Positions 62,682-64,000 of a stretch of 64,000 nt of DNA are shown here, one piece after another. How positions within the stretch are numbered: the stretch's first letter is position 1; the number at the start of each line of letters is the position of its first letter. The stretch lies in assembly GCF_009914755.1 (NCBI RefSeq), contig NC_060926.1; one strand, given 5' to 3'. The notes under the pieces were generated by a model. The model saw only the letters and a program-made list of their open reading frames with translations. It made no database searches and was not told the DNA's origin. A program made the position numbers and the translations under genes. The stretch comes from the human T2T-CHM13v2.0 reference genome, Homo sapiens.

Positions 62682-64000
62682 AATTTTTATTATTTGCAGA
62701 TAAGTTTTGACAAATGAGGAAAAACAACTATAACACCATTATAATTAAACATTCAGTAGCTTGACTGTAGAAGATTAATATACAATTGTTTTTCTAAATG
62801 TAAATCATAATTGGTAGGAAAATATAATGGAATAAAAATTCCATCTATTAAAAAAAGGTAAAATACCTAGAAACAAATGCCCCAGATCTATTTGGAAGAA
62901 AACAAAAACAAAAACAACAACTTCACTGTTGCATCTAAAAGACTTAAGTAAATATGAAGAAGTGACTTATTCTCAGATAACAGTGATCAGCTTTCTATCA
63001 ATAGAATAGTGTTTCTCGACTGTATTTTCATTGTAGTCTTTCTAAGGAGATTTTTAAAAATATTTTTTTCTTAATCACTTCCTCCCATTAGATTTTAATA
63101 CTACAGGTATACTAAATATATATTTTTTTATTTATTACATATATATCTGTTCTTTAAACATAAAAAGAGTAAGTGTTTTTCTCTCCAAACCAATCTTTGT
63201 CCTTTTAGGGGTAATATCACCTCTGTTCAGAATATACAAAATAGACCTTCTCCCTTAATTAATTCATAACTTTAATTCAGTCACAATCAAAATACCAACA
63301 ATAATTTTTGACAAGAATTCCAATTTATAAGACTGCAGAAAAGTTTCAAAGAATAAGAATAATAATAAATACTAGGCCTTCTAATTATTAGACATATTAT
63401 AGGATACCAGTAATAAACATTCTATAATAGATTTTCCAGAGTAGACATTTCATAAATAGAGCCAATACATGGTGAAATTTAATTGTGATCAAAAAATGAA
63501 TTATCAAAAAAATGGAATTGGAACAAATAACTAGCCAGAGGAGTAAGACTGAGAAGTTGGGTCTCTAATCACACTTTTTATACAAAAATAAATAAAATGG
63601 TTTAAAGGTTTTAATGCAAAATGAGATACTATATAAGTAATAGGAGAAAATATAGGATAATTATTTATAGCTTCTTGGAGGAAAAGCCTGTGGAGTAAGA
63701 AACAAAACCCAGAAAACATAATAAAATTAAACTCTTTGCATAAAAATTAAAATATTTGCATGGTTAAAACACCATAAACTTAAAAGACAAAACATACCAG
63801 AATAAAATATATTTGCATTGTATATGGAAAAAGGCTATATCCATAAGATACATTGAGCTCTAGTAAATCAGTGAAAAAAATAGCAATGATCCCAGAGAAA
63901 TGGACAAGAAACGCAGAAGAAAAGGAATACAGTTTATAAATGTAAGAGAAAAATGTTTATCCTCAAAATAAAACTTGAGGGAGACTTTTTTTTCATGTAT

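Overview
Primate genomic DNA, most likely human because it carries two very young AluYd8-like insertions. The window is AT-rich, looks intergenic or deep-intronic, and is dominated by interspersed repeats: L1 of several ages, Alu J/S/Y, MIR, L2, CR1/L3, MaLR/ERV LTRs and hAT/piggyBac relics. I found no recognisable protein-coding gene, RNA gene or CpG island, and the supplied ORFs are L1/Alu/microsatellite fragments or chance ORFs. I cannot support a new gene system here. The most unusual signals are structural: (1) a patchwork at 29536-29800 built from two nearby unique donors, one inverted and one direct, joined by microhomology, plus several smaller template-switch scars; (2) two independent insertions of a rare AluYd8-like subfamily about 18 kb apart; (3) a 90-nt exon-like, triple-hairpin segment bracketed by inverted Alus; (4) a layered AT-rich minisatellite; (5) head-to-head MaLR LTRs with a DUX4 motif next to a POU/SOX/CCAAT-rich unique block. 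Repeat subfamily names come from my recall of consensus sequences, and boundaries of old repeats are approximate.
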